Assembly: GCF_009914755.1 (NCBI RefSeq)
Contig: NC_060947.1
DNA from: the human T2T-CHM13v2.0 reference genome, Homo sapiens
Direction: 5' to 3' (one strand)
Length of the DNA: 64,000 nt
A program made the translations under genes and the position numbers. The number at the start of each line of letters is the position of its first letter. Position 1 is the first letter of the stretch. The notes below the pieces were generated by a model, which saw only the letters and a list, made by a program, of their open reading frames with translations, did no database searches and was not told the DNA's origin. This document shows, piece by piece, positions 26,526 through 46,572 of the stretch.

Positions 26526-29500
26526 AAAAATCACTAGCATTTCTATATACTAACAAAAATTATCTTAAAATGAAAACAAGAAAACAATTCCACTTACAAA
26601 AACAATTACAAACTACTGAGAAATAAATTTAACCAAGAAAGGAAAGACTTGTACACTGAAAATTCTAATATATTGATGAAAGAAATTGAAGAAGACACAA
26701 ATAACTGGAAATATATTCTATGTTCATAGATTGGAGGAATTAGTATTGTTAAAATATCCATACTACCCAAAGTGATCTACAGATTAAATCTAATCTCTAG
26801 CAAAATTCCAATGACATTTTTCACAGAAATAGAAAAAAAAGTTCTAAAATTCATATGGAACCACAAAAGACTGAATAGCCAAAGCAATCTTGAGCAAGAA
26901 GAGCAAAACTGGAGGCATCTCTCTACCTGACTACAAATAAAATAGAAGGGCATAATAATAAAAATAGAATAATACTGGCATAAAAGTAGACACAGAGCAG
27001 TGAAATAAATATAAAGTTAAGAAATAAATTATGCATTTATGGTCAATTGATTTTTGACAAAGTTTCCAGGAGCACAGAATGGGGAAAAAAAATCTCTTCA
27101 ATAGGTAGTATAGGGAAATATGGATATCCACATGCACATGAATGAAATTAGATCAATTCCTCACACCATATCCAAAAATCAGTTCAAAACTGATAAAAAC
27201 TTAGAGACTTGAAACTAAAACCACTAGACGAAAACATAGTGGAAAAGCTCCATGATATTGGTATGGACAATGATTTTTGGATAAGATCCCAAAAGCACAG
27301 CCAAAAAAAGTGAAAATAGACAAATGGAATCATATCTAACTAAAAAGCTTCTATAAAGCAAGGGAAACAATCAACAGGGTGAGGTAATGAACTACAAAAT
27401 AGGAGAAAATATTTGCCAAACATACATGTAATAAGGAGTTAATCTCCGAAATATATAAAGAACTCAGACAACTCAATAGCAAGAAAACAACTCAATTTAA
27501 AAATGGGCAATAGATGCTGCATAGGAGACAGGGCTAATGTGCAGCTCCCACTTAGACAGACAGACTAGCATTTGGAGACTCACACCATGGACTTTTGTTC
27601 CAAGAACCACTGCAGAAATGTACCAAGAAAACTGAAAGAATTCACAGATCCTTTGAAAGAAGTGGCAAGCTGCTGCAAATTCTGTGAGACATGAAAAACT
27701 GTGAGTTCCCAAAGTGTGAAAGGGAAAAACCTGTCCACTGGGGAGCCTGAAAATCCAGATTATAGAAAAAGAATTTAACTATACCTAGGGCTGAAACAGA
27801 TTTAGCATGAAATACAAAAGTAGGCTTAGCAGCGGGGAGAGCCTTGTAGGCACTCCCATTCTCCAGCTGGAGCCTAGGGAAGCCATCCCTGACTATATCT
27901 CACAGGGGTCCTTGGAGAAGGCAGCTGGCAGAATATGGAAGGGGTCACAGGGTGAAAGAAGTTTCCAATTGAGCTTTGTAATAATTTTGACTGGGCACAA
28001 ACTCTTTTGAGCAGAACCTGGGGGCAAACAGGAACTGCTGCAGAAAAGAGCACAGGGGCCATGGATGACAGTGTAGGCAGATTTTGGGTCGTGGTGGTGG
28101 GGGTGTGGTGGCAAGGCCTGAAAGCCCTGCTTGCTTTCTCAGGAGAAAAGTTTGTAGCCTAGGGCAATGTCTGAGTCTTGTGCACAGGCTGCCTGGAGAT
28201 AAACCCAGAGCTGTTAGTGGGGCACAGTGGGAGTGAGACAGGTCTAGTCAACTGCATGGAAGCTGGGTGAGTCTATCTCTGCCAGCTTTGCCCCACTTTC
28301 CTGGTGACAGGGGCAGCCATAATTCCTTCTGAAACATAACCCATTGGCCTGAGTACCACGGCCTCATCCACCCCCCACTTAGCTAGACATCCCCAAGGAG
28401 AATCTGAGCTCAGACCCACCTAACCCTGCCTCTACCTGATGGTATTTCTCTACCCACCTTTGGTAGCTGATCACAAAATACATAAACTCTTGGGAGCTTT
28501 ATGGCTCTGGTCATAGCCTAAGAAACCCAAATACTTATCCTGGCCAACTTAGGGCAAGCTTGTATCCCCACTTCTACTATCATAGCTAGTGCTTTCTTGA
28601 AAGTGCCACCTTCTGGCTGGAGGCCAACCAACTCAGGACATTACAGCAACTCATGACAGAATAACCCTGCTACAAGGAAAGAGAAAAGAACAGCTAATTC
28701 CACTGCCTTCTACATCCTGGGTAACCAGAGATCCTGAGTCTGTCCATGTGACAACTTCACTGCTAGCAAACCCAGTCTTGGAGAAAGCCAGAACAATAAA
28801 CATATCACCACCAAGGATTCTCACAGAATCTACTTCACTCCCCTTCTACATCTAGCAGAGAAGGTGCTGGTGGCAAGGCAGCTTGCCACTTCTTTCACAG
28901 CTGGGAAGTCTGAAGATAGACCATATCACAGGAATTTATTTGCAAATACTCCCCAGCACCAGTCTGGAGCCTGGTAGACCCACTGAGTGGCTAGACCCAG
29001 AAAGCAATAAAAATTACTGCAGTTTGGCTCTCAGGAAGCCCCATCCCAAGGAGAAGGGGGAGTGCCACATATCAAGGGATCACCCTGTGGGACAAAGGAA
29101 TCTGAATAGCAGCCCTTGAGTTCCAGATCTTTCCATTGAAATAGCCTAAACAAATGAGAAGGAACCAGAAAATTAATTCTGGAAATATGACAAAACAAGG
29201 TTCTATAACACCTCCAAAAGACCATACTAGCTACCCAGCAATGGATCCAAATGAAAAAGAAGTCTATGAAATGCCAGATAAAGAATTCAGAATGTTGATT
29301 ATTAAGCTACTCAAGGAGATACCAGAGAAAAATAAAAACCCACTTAAACAAATTTTAAAAATACAAGATGTGGATAAATAATTCTCCAGAGAAATAAATA
29401 TCATACAGAGGGTTCCAAGATGGCTGAATAGGAACAGCTCCAGTCTACAGCTCCCAGTGTGAGCAATGCAGAAGATGGGTGATTTCCACATTTCCAACTG

Positions 29501-30201
29501 AGGTACTGGGTTCATCTCACTGGGGCTCATTGGACAGTGGGGGCAGAACAGTGGGTGCAGCCCACCGAGTGTGAGCCTAAGCAGGGTGAGGCATCACCTC
29601 ACCCTGGAAGCACAAGGGGTCAGGGAATTCCCTTTCCTAGCCAAGGCAAGGGGTGAAAGATGGCACCTGAAAAATCGGGTCACTCCCACCCTAATACTGC
29701 GCTCGGCAGTATTAGGCATATAGTAATATGTTCAGCAGGGCATAGCCGAACAAAAGGCAGCAGAAACTTCTGCAGACTTAAATGTCCCTGTCTGACAGCT
29801 TTGAAGAGAGTAGTGGTTCCCCAGCACAGTGTTTGAGATCTGAGAATGGACAGACTGCCTTGTCAAGTGGGTCCCTGACCCCTGAGTACCATAACTGGGA
29901 GGCACCCCCAGTAGGGGCAGACTGACACTTCACATGGCCAGGTACCCCTCTGAGACAAAGCTTCCAGAGGAACAATCAGGCAGCAACATTTGATATTCAG
30001 CAATATTTGCTGTTCTGCAGCCCCCACAGCTGATACCCAGTCAAACAGGGTCTGAAATGGACCTCCAGCAAACTCCAACAGACCTGCAGCTGAGGGTCCT
30101 GACTGTCAGAAGGAAAACTAACAAACAGACAGGACATCCACACCAAAACCCCATCTGTAAGTCACCATCATCAAAGACCAAAGGTAGATAAGACCACTAA
30201 G

Positions 30202-31218
30202 ATGGGGAAAAAACAGAGCAGAAAAGCTGAAAATTATAAAAATCAAAGCACCTCTCCCCTTCCAAAGGAATGCAGCTCCTCACCAGCAATGGAACAAAGC
30301 TGGACAGAGAATGACTTTGATGAGTTGAGAGAAGAAGGCTTCAGATGATCAAACTTCTCCAAGCTAAAGGAGGAAGTTCGAACTCAACACAAAGAAGCTA
30401 AAAACCTTGAAAAAAGATTAGATGAAGGGCTAACTAGAATAACCAGTGAAGAGAAGTCCTTAAATGACCTGATGGAGCTGAAAACCATGGCATAAGAACT
30501 ACGTGATGAATGCACAACCTTCAGTAGCCGATTCAATCAACTGGAAGAAAGAATATCAGTGATTGAAGATCAAATGAATGAAATGAAGCGAGAAGAGAAG
30601 TTTAGAGAAAAAAGAATAAAAAGAAACGAACAGAGCCTCCAAGAAATATGGGACTACGTGAAAAGACCAAATCTACATCTGATTGGTGTACCTCGAAGTG
30701 ATGGGGAGAATGGAAACAAGTTGAAAAACACTCTTCAGCATATTATCCAGGAGAACTTCCCCAACCTAGCAAGGCAGGCCAACATTCAAATTCAAGAAAT
30801 ACAGGGAATGCCACAAAGATACTCCTCGAGAAGAGCAACTCCAAGACACATAATTGTCAGATTCACTAAAGTTGAAATTAAGGAAAAAATGTTAAGGGCA
30901 GCCAGAGAGAAAGGTCGGGTTACCCACAAAGGGAAGCCCATCAGACTAAGAGTGGATCTCTCAGCAGAAACCCTACAAGCCAGAAGAGAGTGGGGGCCAA
31001 TATTCAACACTCTTAAAGAAAATAATTTTCAACCCAGAATTTCATATCCAGCCAAAATAAACTTCATAAGTGAAGGAGGAATAAAATCCTTTACAGACAA
31101 GCAAATGCTGAGAGATTTTGTCACCACCAGGCCTGCCCTACAAGAGACCCCGAAGGAAGCACTAAATATGGAAAGGAACAACCGGTACCAGCCACTGCAA
31201 AAACATGCCAAATTGTAA
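30202..31218 (+). pseudogene. L1 ORF1p, disabled
   Basis: ATG at 30202 to TAA at 31218 spans 1017 bp (338 codons plus stop), with in-frame stops at 30346 (TGA) and 30493 (TAA); C-terminus ...YQPLQKHAKL. Confidence 0.92.
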
Positions 31219-31281
31219 AGACCATCGATGCTAGGAAGAAATTGCATCAACTAATGAGCAAAATAATCAGCTAACATCATA

Positions 31282-36114
<4,833 letters not shown>

Positions 36115-39100
36115 ACAATGAGAACACTTGGACACAGGAAGGGGAATATCACACACTGGGGCCTGTTGTGGGGTGGGTGGAAGGAGGATGGAAAGCATTA
36201 GGAGATATACCTAATGTAAATGATGAGTTAATGGGTGCAGCACACCAACATGGCACATGTATACGTATGTAACAAAACTGCACATTGTGCACATGTAGCC
36301 TAGAACTTAAAGTATAATTAAAAAAATAATAAAAAAGAAATAGATGTCATAAAGAAAAAACAGTTGCAACTTCTGGAAATGAAAGACACACTTAGAGAAA
36401 TACAAAATGCACTAGAAAGTGTCAACAATAGACTGGAACAAGTAGAAGAAAGAAATTTGGAGATCAAAGACAAGTCTTCCAAATTAACCCAATTGAACAA
36501 AGACCAAAAAAAATTTTTTTTTTTTTTTTTTTAGAAATGAACAAAGCCTCCAAGAAATTTGAGATTATGTTAAATGGACAAACCCAAGTATAATTGGTGT
36601 TCCCAAGGAAGAAGAGAAATCTAAGTTTGGAAAACGTATTTGAGGAAATAATAAGGAAAATTTCCCTGGCCCCTCTAGAGATCTAGACATCCAAATACAA
36701 GTAGCTGAAAGACTAACTGGGAAATTCATTACAAATGGATCTTCCCCTAGGTGTATAATTGTCAGGTTATCTATAATCAAGATGAAGGAAAGAATCTCAA
36801 GAACTGTGAGGCAAAAGCATCAGCTAACCTATGAAGGAAAACCTATCATATTAACAGCAGATTTTTCAGCAGAAACCTTGCAAGCCAGAAAGGATTGGGG
36901 GCCCATCTTTAGCCTCCTTAAACAAAATAATTTCCTCCTGAGAATTTTGCCAACAAAACCAAGCTTCATAAATGAAGCAGAGATAAAGTATTTTTCAGAC
37001 AAACAAATGCTGAGACAATTTACTACTACAAAGCCAGCACTGCAAGAAATGCTAAAAGAAGTTCTAAATTTTGAATCAAAACTTTGAAATACACCAAAAT
37101 AGAACCCCCTTAAGGCATAAATCTCAAAGGACCTATAAATCAATAACACAATTTTAAAAACCAAAGTATTTAGGCAACGACTAGCATGATGAGTAAAATA
37201 GTACCTCACATCTCAATACTAATGTTGAATGTAAAAGGCCTAAAACCTCCACTTAAAAGATACAGAATGACAGAATGGATAAAACATTTACGAACAAAGT
37301 ATCTATCTTCACGAGACTCACCTAACACATAAGGACTCACATAAACTTACGGTAAAAGGGTGGAAGAATAGATGTTCTATGCAAATGGAAACCAAAACTG
37401 AGCAACAATAACTATTCTTATATCAGACAAAACAGACTGTAAACAACACCACCTAAAAAAGACAAAGAGGAACATTATATGATTAAAGAAGTAGTCCAAT
37501 AGGAAAAGATCACAATCCTAAATATGTGTGTGAGCTCCCAAATGTATAAAACAATTATTACTAGATCTACAAAATGAGATATATGGCAACACAATAATAG
37601 TGGGGGACTTTCATACTCCACTGACAGCACGAGACAGGTCATCAAAACAGAAAGTCAACAAAGAAGCAACACTCTTAAACTATACCCTGGAACAAATAGA
37701 CAACAGATATTTATAGAACATTCTATCCAACAACTGCAGAATATATATTCTTCTCATCATCACATGGAACATTATCCAAGATAGACCACATGATAGGCCA
37801 CAAAAAAAGTCTCAATAAATTTTTTAAAAATTGAAATAATATCAAGTACCCTGTCAGACCACAATGGAATAAAACTGGAAATTAACTCCAAAAGAAATCT
37901 CCAAAACTATACAAATACATGGAAATTAAATAATCTGATCCTGAATGATCTTTGGTTTAACAATAAAATTAAGATAAAAATTTTAAAAATATTTGAACTA
38001 AATGATAATAGTGACACAGCTTATTAAAACCATTGGGATACAGCAAGAGGAGTGCTAAGAAGAAAGTTAAATGCCTACATCCAAAAGTCTTAAAGGGCCC
38101 ATATAAACAATCTAAGGTCACACATCAAGGAACTAGAAAAACAAGAACAAACCAAACCCAAATTCAGCAGAAGAAAAGAAACAACAAAGATCAGAGCAGA
38201 ACTAAATGAATTTGAAACAAAAAAATACAAAAGATAACTGAAACAAAAAGCTGGTTCTTTGAAAATAAAATAAAAATTGATAGACCATTAGCAAGATTAA
38301 CCAATAGAAGATGAGAGGAGATCAAAATAAGCTCAATTAGAAAGGAAATGAGAGAAAAAACCAATACCACAAAAATACAAAAGATCATTCAAGGCTACTA
38401 TGAATACCATTATGTGCACAAACTTGAAAATCTAGAGTAGGTGGAGAAATTCGTGGAAATATACAACCTTCCTAGATTAAATCAGGAAGAAACAGAAACT
38501 CTGAACAGACAAATAAGAAGTAGTGAGATTGAAACAGTAATAAAAAATATTGCCAAGAAAATAAATTCCAGGACCATATGCATTCACAGCTTAATTCTAT
38601 CAGACATTCAAAGAAGAATTGGTATCAATCTTACTGAAATTATTCCAAAAGATAAAGAGGGAATCCTCCCTAAATCGTTCTATGAAGCCAATGTCACCCT
38701 ACTATCAAAACTAAGAAAGAACATAACAAAAAAAAGAAAACTACAGTCCAACATCTTTGATGAACATAGATGCAAAGATCCTGAACAAAATACTAGCTAA
38801 CTCAATCAAACAGCAAATCAAGAAGATAATATACCATGATCAAGTAGGTTTAATACCAGGGATGCAGGGATAGTTTAACATATGGAAGTCAATAAGTGTA
38901 ATACCTCACATAAACAGAATTAAAGACAAAAATTACATGATCATCTCAACAGATGCAGAAAAAGCGTTTGATAAATCCAGCATTCCTTTATGATTAAAAC
39001 CTTCAGAAAAATCAGCATAGAAAGGATATACCTTAAGGTGATTAAAGCCATCTATGATAAATGCACAGCCAACATTATGCTGAATGAGGAAAAGTTAAAA

Positions 39101-40389
39101 GTATTCCCCATGAGAACTGGAAAAAGACAAGGATGTCAACTTTCATCACTTCCATACAACATAGTACTGGAAGTCCTAGCCAGAGCTATCAGGCAAGAGA
39201 AAGAAATAATGGGCATTCAAGTTGGTTAAAAGGAAGTTAAATGGTTGCTGTTTGTGGATGACATGATTGTATACCTAGAAAACCCAAAAGACTCATCCAA
39301 AAAGCACCTAGAACTGATAAACAAATTCAGTAAAGTTTCAGGATACAAAATTAATGTACACAAATCAGTGGCACTGCTACACACCAACAGTGACCAACCT
39401 GGGAATCAAATCAACAACTCAACTCCTTTTACAATAACTTGAAAAAAATACTTAACAAAATAGCTGCAAAAAATAAAACACTTAGGAATATACCTAAGCA
39501 GAAAGGCAAAAGACATCTACAAGGAAAACAACAAAATACTGTTAAAATAAATTATAGATGACACAAACAAATTGAAACACATCCCGTGCTCATGAATGTG
39601 TAGAATCAATAGTGTAAAAATGACCATACTGCCAAAAGCAATCTACAAATTTAATGCAATTCTCATCAAAATACCAACATCATTCTTCACAGAACTAGAA
39701 AAACAATCCTAAACTTCATATGGAATCAAAAAAGAGCCCACACAGCCAAACCAAGATTAAGCAAAAAGAACAAATCTGGATGCATCACATTACTCGACTT
39801 CAAACTATACTATATGGCCATAGTCACCAAAATAGCACAGTATTGGTATAAAAATAGGCAAATAGACCAATGGAACAGAATAGAGAAGCCAGAAATAAAG
39901 CCAAATACTTACAGCCATCTGATCTTCGACAAAGCAAAGAAAAACATAAAGTGGGGAAAGGACACCCTATTCAACAAGTGGTGCTGGGATAATTGGCAAG
40001 CCACATATAGGAGAATGAAACTGGATCCTCATCTCTTATCTTATACGAAAATCAACTGATGATGGATCAAGGACTTAAATCTAAGGCCTGAAACCATAAA
40101 AATTCTAGAAGATAACATTGGAGAAACTCTTTTAGACATTTGCTTAGACAAAGAGTTCATGACTGAGAGCCCAAAAGCAAATGCAACAAAAACAAAGATA
40201 AATTGATGGGATCTAATCAAACTAAAAAGCTTCTGCACAGCAAAAGAAATAGTCAACAGAGCAAACAGACAATCCCACAGACTGGGAGAAAATCTTTGCA
40301 AACTATACATCCAAAAAAGGAATAATATCCAGAATCTACAAGGAACTCAAATTAGCAAGAAAAAAATAAGCTCATCAAAAAGTCAGCTA

Positions 40390-40880
40390 CAATGAGTATG
40401 TTTATTACAGCACTATTAACAATAGCAAATACATGAAATCAACCTAAATGCCCATCAATGAGAGGCTGAATAAAGAAAATGTGGTACATATGCACCATGG
40501 AATACTATGCAGTCATGAAAAGGAATGAGAGTATATCCTTTGCAGGGACATGGATGGAGCTGGAAGCCATTATCCTCAGCAAACTAATGCAGGAACAGAA
40601 AATCAAACACTATATGTTCTCACTTATAATTGAGAACTGAAAAATGTGAACACATAGACACAGAGAGGGGAACAACCCACACTGGGCCTGCTAAGGGAGT
40701 GGGGTGGGGAGAAGGAGAACGTCAGGAAAAATAGATAATGCATGCTTGGCTTGATACCTAGGTGATAGGTTGAAAGGTGCAGCAAATCACCATGACACAC
40801 ATTTACCTATGTAACAAACTTGCATATACTGCACTTGTACCCTGGAACTTAAAATAAAATAAAATAAAATAAAATAAAAA
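40390..40880 (+). mobile_element. Older L1PA (L1PA13-16-like) 3' end with (AAAAT)n tail
   Basis: cctaggtgataggttga...gtaccctggaacttaaaataaaat; left TSD aagtcagcta 40380-40389. Confidence 0.85.
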
Positions 40881-41048
40881 AGAGAAAGAGAGATCTATTT
40901 TCAACATGTGAGGACATAGCAAGAAGGTGGCTGTCTACAAGCCAGAAAGAGAGCCATCACCAAAAACCACCATGCTGTCATCTGGATCTTGGACTTTCCA
41001 GCCTCCAGAACTGTGAGCAAATAAATTTCTAGTTTTCTTTTTTTTTTT
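40881..41048 (+). mobile_element. MLT1A/MST-type LTR 3' fragment lying inside the L1PA TSDs
   Basis: catgtgaggacatagcaagaaggtggctgtctacaagccag...ggactttccagcctccagaactgtgagcaaataaatttct; right TSD aagttagcta 41049-41058. Confidence 0.8.
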
Positions 41049-42739
41049 AAGTTAGCTAAGAACATGAATAGACAACTCACAAAAGAAGACATATAAATGG
41101 CCAACAAACATGAAAAAATGCTCAACATCACTAATTATCAGGGAAATGCAAATCAAAATCATGGTGAGATATAACTTACTCCTGCAAGAATGGCCATAAT
41201 TTAAAAGTTAACAAATAATAGATGTTGGTGTGGATGTGGTGAAAAGAGAATACTTTTACACTGCTTGTGGAAATGTAAACTAGTACAACCACTATGGAAA
41301 ACCATATGGAGATTCCTTAAAGAACTAAAAGTAGAGCTATCATTTGATCCAACAATCTCACTACTGGGTATCTACCCAGAGGAAAAAAGTCATTATATGA
41401 AAAAGATACTTGCACACACATGTTTATAGCAGCATAAATTGCAATTGCAAAAATATGGAATCAGCCCAAAAGCCCATCAATCAATGAATAGATAAATAAA
41501 ATATTATATAATAATGAAATAATATATGCACGTACATACATATCATGGAGTACTACTCAGCCATAAAAAAGGAATTAAATAATGGCCTTTGCAGCAACCT
41601 GGAAGATGTTGGAGACCACTATTCTAAGTGAAGTAACTCAGGAATGGAAAATCAAATATCATATGTTCTCACTCAAAAGTGGAAGCTAGGCTATGAGGAT
41701 GGAAAGGCATAAGAATTTTATAATGGATTTTGGGGACTTGTAGCAGAAGGGTGGGAGTGGTCTGCAGGATAAAGGCTACACATTGGGTACAGTATACACT
41801 GCTTGGGTGACAAGTTCACCAAAATCTCAGAAATCACCAAAGAACTTTTTCTTGCAAGCAAACACCACCTATTCCCCCAAAACTATTGAAATTAAAAAAA
41901 AAAAAGAATAAAATGGGCAAAGGCTCTGCATAGCCTTTTTCAAAGGAAGATATGCTAATGGTCAGCAGATATATAAAACCATGTTCAACATCACTAATCA
42001 TCAGGGAAATGACTATTAAAACTACAGTGAGATTAGATGTTGCCAAAAGGACAAGAAATAAATGTTGGCAAAGGTATGGAGAAATGGGAAGAGACCCTTT
42101 TACACTGTTGGTGGGAATGTAGATTGGTGCAGTCATTATGGAAAGCACTATGTAGGTTCTCAAAAATATTAAAAATGAAACTTTGATATGACCCAGCAAT
42201 CCCACTACTGAGTATATCTATAAAAGTTATCAATATGTCAAGGAAATATCTGCACTCCCATGTTCATTGCACCATTATTCATAATAGCCAAGATATGGAA
42301 TCTACCTGAGTGTATACCAACAAATGAATGGGTAAAGAAAATGTGTTATATCTATAAAATGGAGTACTATTCAGCCTTATAAAAATAAGGAAACCCTGTC
42401 AGTTGTGACAACATGGATAAACTTGGAAGATATTGTGTTAAGTGAAATAAACCAGGCACAGAAGACAAATATTGCATGGTCTCATTTCAGCTAAATAGGA
42501 GAAATAAGTTCAAGAGGTCTATTGTACAACATTGTGACTCTAGTTAATAATAATATATTGTACAGTTGAAAATCACTAAGGGAGTAAATTTGAATGTTAT
42601 CACCACAAAAATGATAAGTATGTGAGGTAATGCATATGTTATTTAATTTAGCCATTTCACAATATATACATATTTCAAAGCATCATTTTATGCCCAATAA
42701 GTATATGCAATTATTTTTGTCAACTGAAAGAAAAGACAG

Positions 42740-42806
42740 TAGGAAGGAAGGAAGGGAGGAAGGGAGGAAGGGAGGGGAGAGGAGGGGAGGAAGGAAGGAA
42801 GGAAGG
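42740..42806. repeat. (GGAA/GGAG)n polypurine tract
   Basis: Directly visible at the L1MA tail. Confidence 0.9.
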
Positions 42807-43129
42807 TCCCATAATTTAACTCACTGCCTGAAATGCTGATGTAATTCTTCTCTCCCTTTGCCTCTCCTAGTAGATTATGGAGGAACTCTTGGAGGCTTCT
42901 GCATCTTCTGATTTCAGTAGTAGCTGTTCATGCTGGTTTGGTGGAGGAGCGTAATAGTGTCTCACCACAAAAATCTTGGAGAAAGCTGGATTTAGATTGT
43001 AAATAAAAATGACCTGCAAATTATATTTAATTCATTTTTTGTTTTCTTTGGCTTTCAAAAGGGACTTGCCCCACTTCAATAAGTTAAAGCTGATGAGAAA
43101 GTAAGAAGAGAATAGATGATGCTTCAAGG

Positions 43130-44030
43130 GCCTGTCCTTGGACTTCATTCTTCTGCATCTCTAATTGCCTATAACTCTTAATTTAGATCATCTTCTCCTT
43201 TTTGAAATTTTATTCTTTTGGTTTCCATGACACTACACTGCCCTGGTCTTATCCTACCTCTCTCACCACCACTTTCTTCTTCTTCTTCTATCTTCTTTTT
43301 TGGATCACTTTCATAATCTTATTTCCCAAGCATGTGTGCTTTGGTTCAGTCTTTGGCTCAGTCTTTGGCTATCTGCTTTTCTCTTTGCATGTACTCTCTC
43401 ACACTGCTTAAAATGCCAAAATGTGCCTGAATCCCAATTCTTTCTCCAGGTCCTTTCATATTAAACTCCTTACTGGATAGTCCCAGTTGGTTGTTTCACC
43501 TAAACTTAAAAGATCTTGAAATAAGTTCACTAGTTTGCTACTCTTTCTGCAAAAATAATTTTTTTCTGACTTAACTATTTCTGTTAGCAGACTATTTTCC
43601 TAGCTGTGAAACCTGAAACCTTTGCTTCTTTTTGTCAGTTTTTTGTACACCCAGTCAGTCACAAAGTTCCATCTATTCTTCTTTCCCAATTACTCTTATG
43701 TTATCCCTGTGTGTTTTTGTTTCCACTGTCCCCAACCCATAGTTATGGTCCTTATTATTTCACACCTGGTTTACTGTGCTAACCTCTCTGTCTCTTGTAT
43801 TTCTTTCCTCTAAACCACTTGAACAAAAGATTAAGCTCATCCTCTTAATATACTATTCTCATTGTGTCATTAAATGCCTAATCTATTGTCTCTTCATTGA
43901 AGTCTTAATTCCTTATTTTGGTATTTAATCTTCCTAATAATATGGCCCCAATAGTCTTTCCAAACTTATCTTTCATCATCTGTTAGAAGAATTTAACTCA
44001 GTTTCCCTACGTGCAGTTTTCTATGCTCCT
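43130..44030 (+). mobile_element. L2 LINE fragment
   Basis: ttggtttccatgacactacactgccctggt, cccagtcagtcacaaagttcc and other L2 sense motifs; probably continues 46150-46720. Confidence 0.65.
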
Positions 44031-44044
44031 GTTGCTGTGTTTTT

Positions 44045-44276
44045 TTTTTTAAGAGCGGTTTTTTTTTTATTTTTTAGTTTTTTAATTTATTTTTATTATT
44101 ATTATACTTTTAAGTTTTAGGGTACATGTGCACAATGTTCAGGTTAGTTACATATGCATACATGTGCCATGCTGGTGTGCTGCACCCATTAACTCGTCAT
44201 TTAGTATTGGGTATATCTCCTAATGCTATCCCTCCCCCCTCCCCCCACCCCACAACAGTCCCCAGAGTGTGATGTT
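44045..44276 (-). mobile_element. Young L1PA (L1PA2/3-like) 3'-terminal fragment
   Basis: ttaagttttagggtacatgtgcac...cattaactcgtcattta...cccagagtgtgatgtt; short TSD tgtgtttt on both sides. Confidence 0.92.
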
Positions 44277-44289
44277 GTGTTTTAATCTT

Positions 44290-46100
<1,811 letters not shown>

Positions 46101-46485
46101 TCAACTGGGAGCCATCAGTAGGAACTACATAATTATCAGAAGCAGAGGTTGCTCTGTTTTTCTTTTCAATGTATGCTCTACTAAAGCCAAAATGATTCAT
46201 GCCCTGTTACCTAAAATGTGATCTGCATATTCCCAAGTACCAGTCTTTTCTTATGCTATATCTTATAATTAGCTCCATTCTCTTTGCTTTTCCATTTAAA
46301 CCACTCACCTGCATATCATTTGTCTATTGTAATATTACCTACACATTAGGCCTGATTAATTCTCACCTCCTCTATATAGTCTTCCCTTGCCACTTCAAAT
46401 TACAATGAATTATCCTCTGAACTATTATGAGGACAGTTTTCCTATCCTACTCCTTTGTGATATGTCACATCTTGCCTTTTGTCTA

Positions 46486-46572
46486 CTGCATTTCATTGAC
46501 TCCAAGATGCCATTCTGATTTCAGAAAAGTTAACATGAGAAAAATGTACATAATAGAATTGATGAAATATGG
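46486..46572. mobile_element. Short Tc1/mariner-type MITE (MER104-like)
   Basis: Inverted termini ctgcatttcattga / ttgatgaaatatgg; preceded by TA. Confidence 0.55.
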
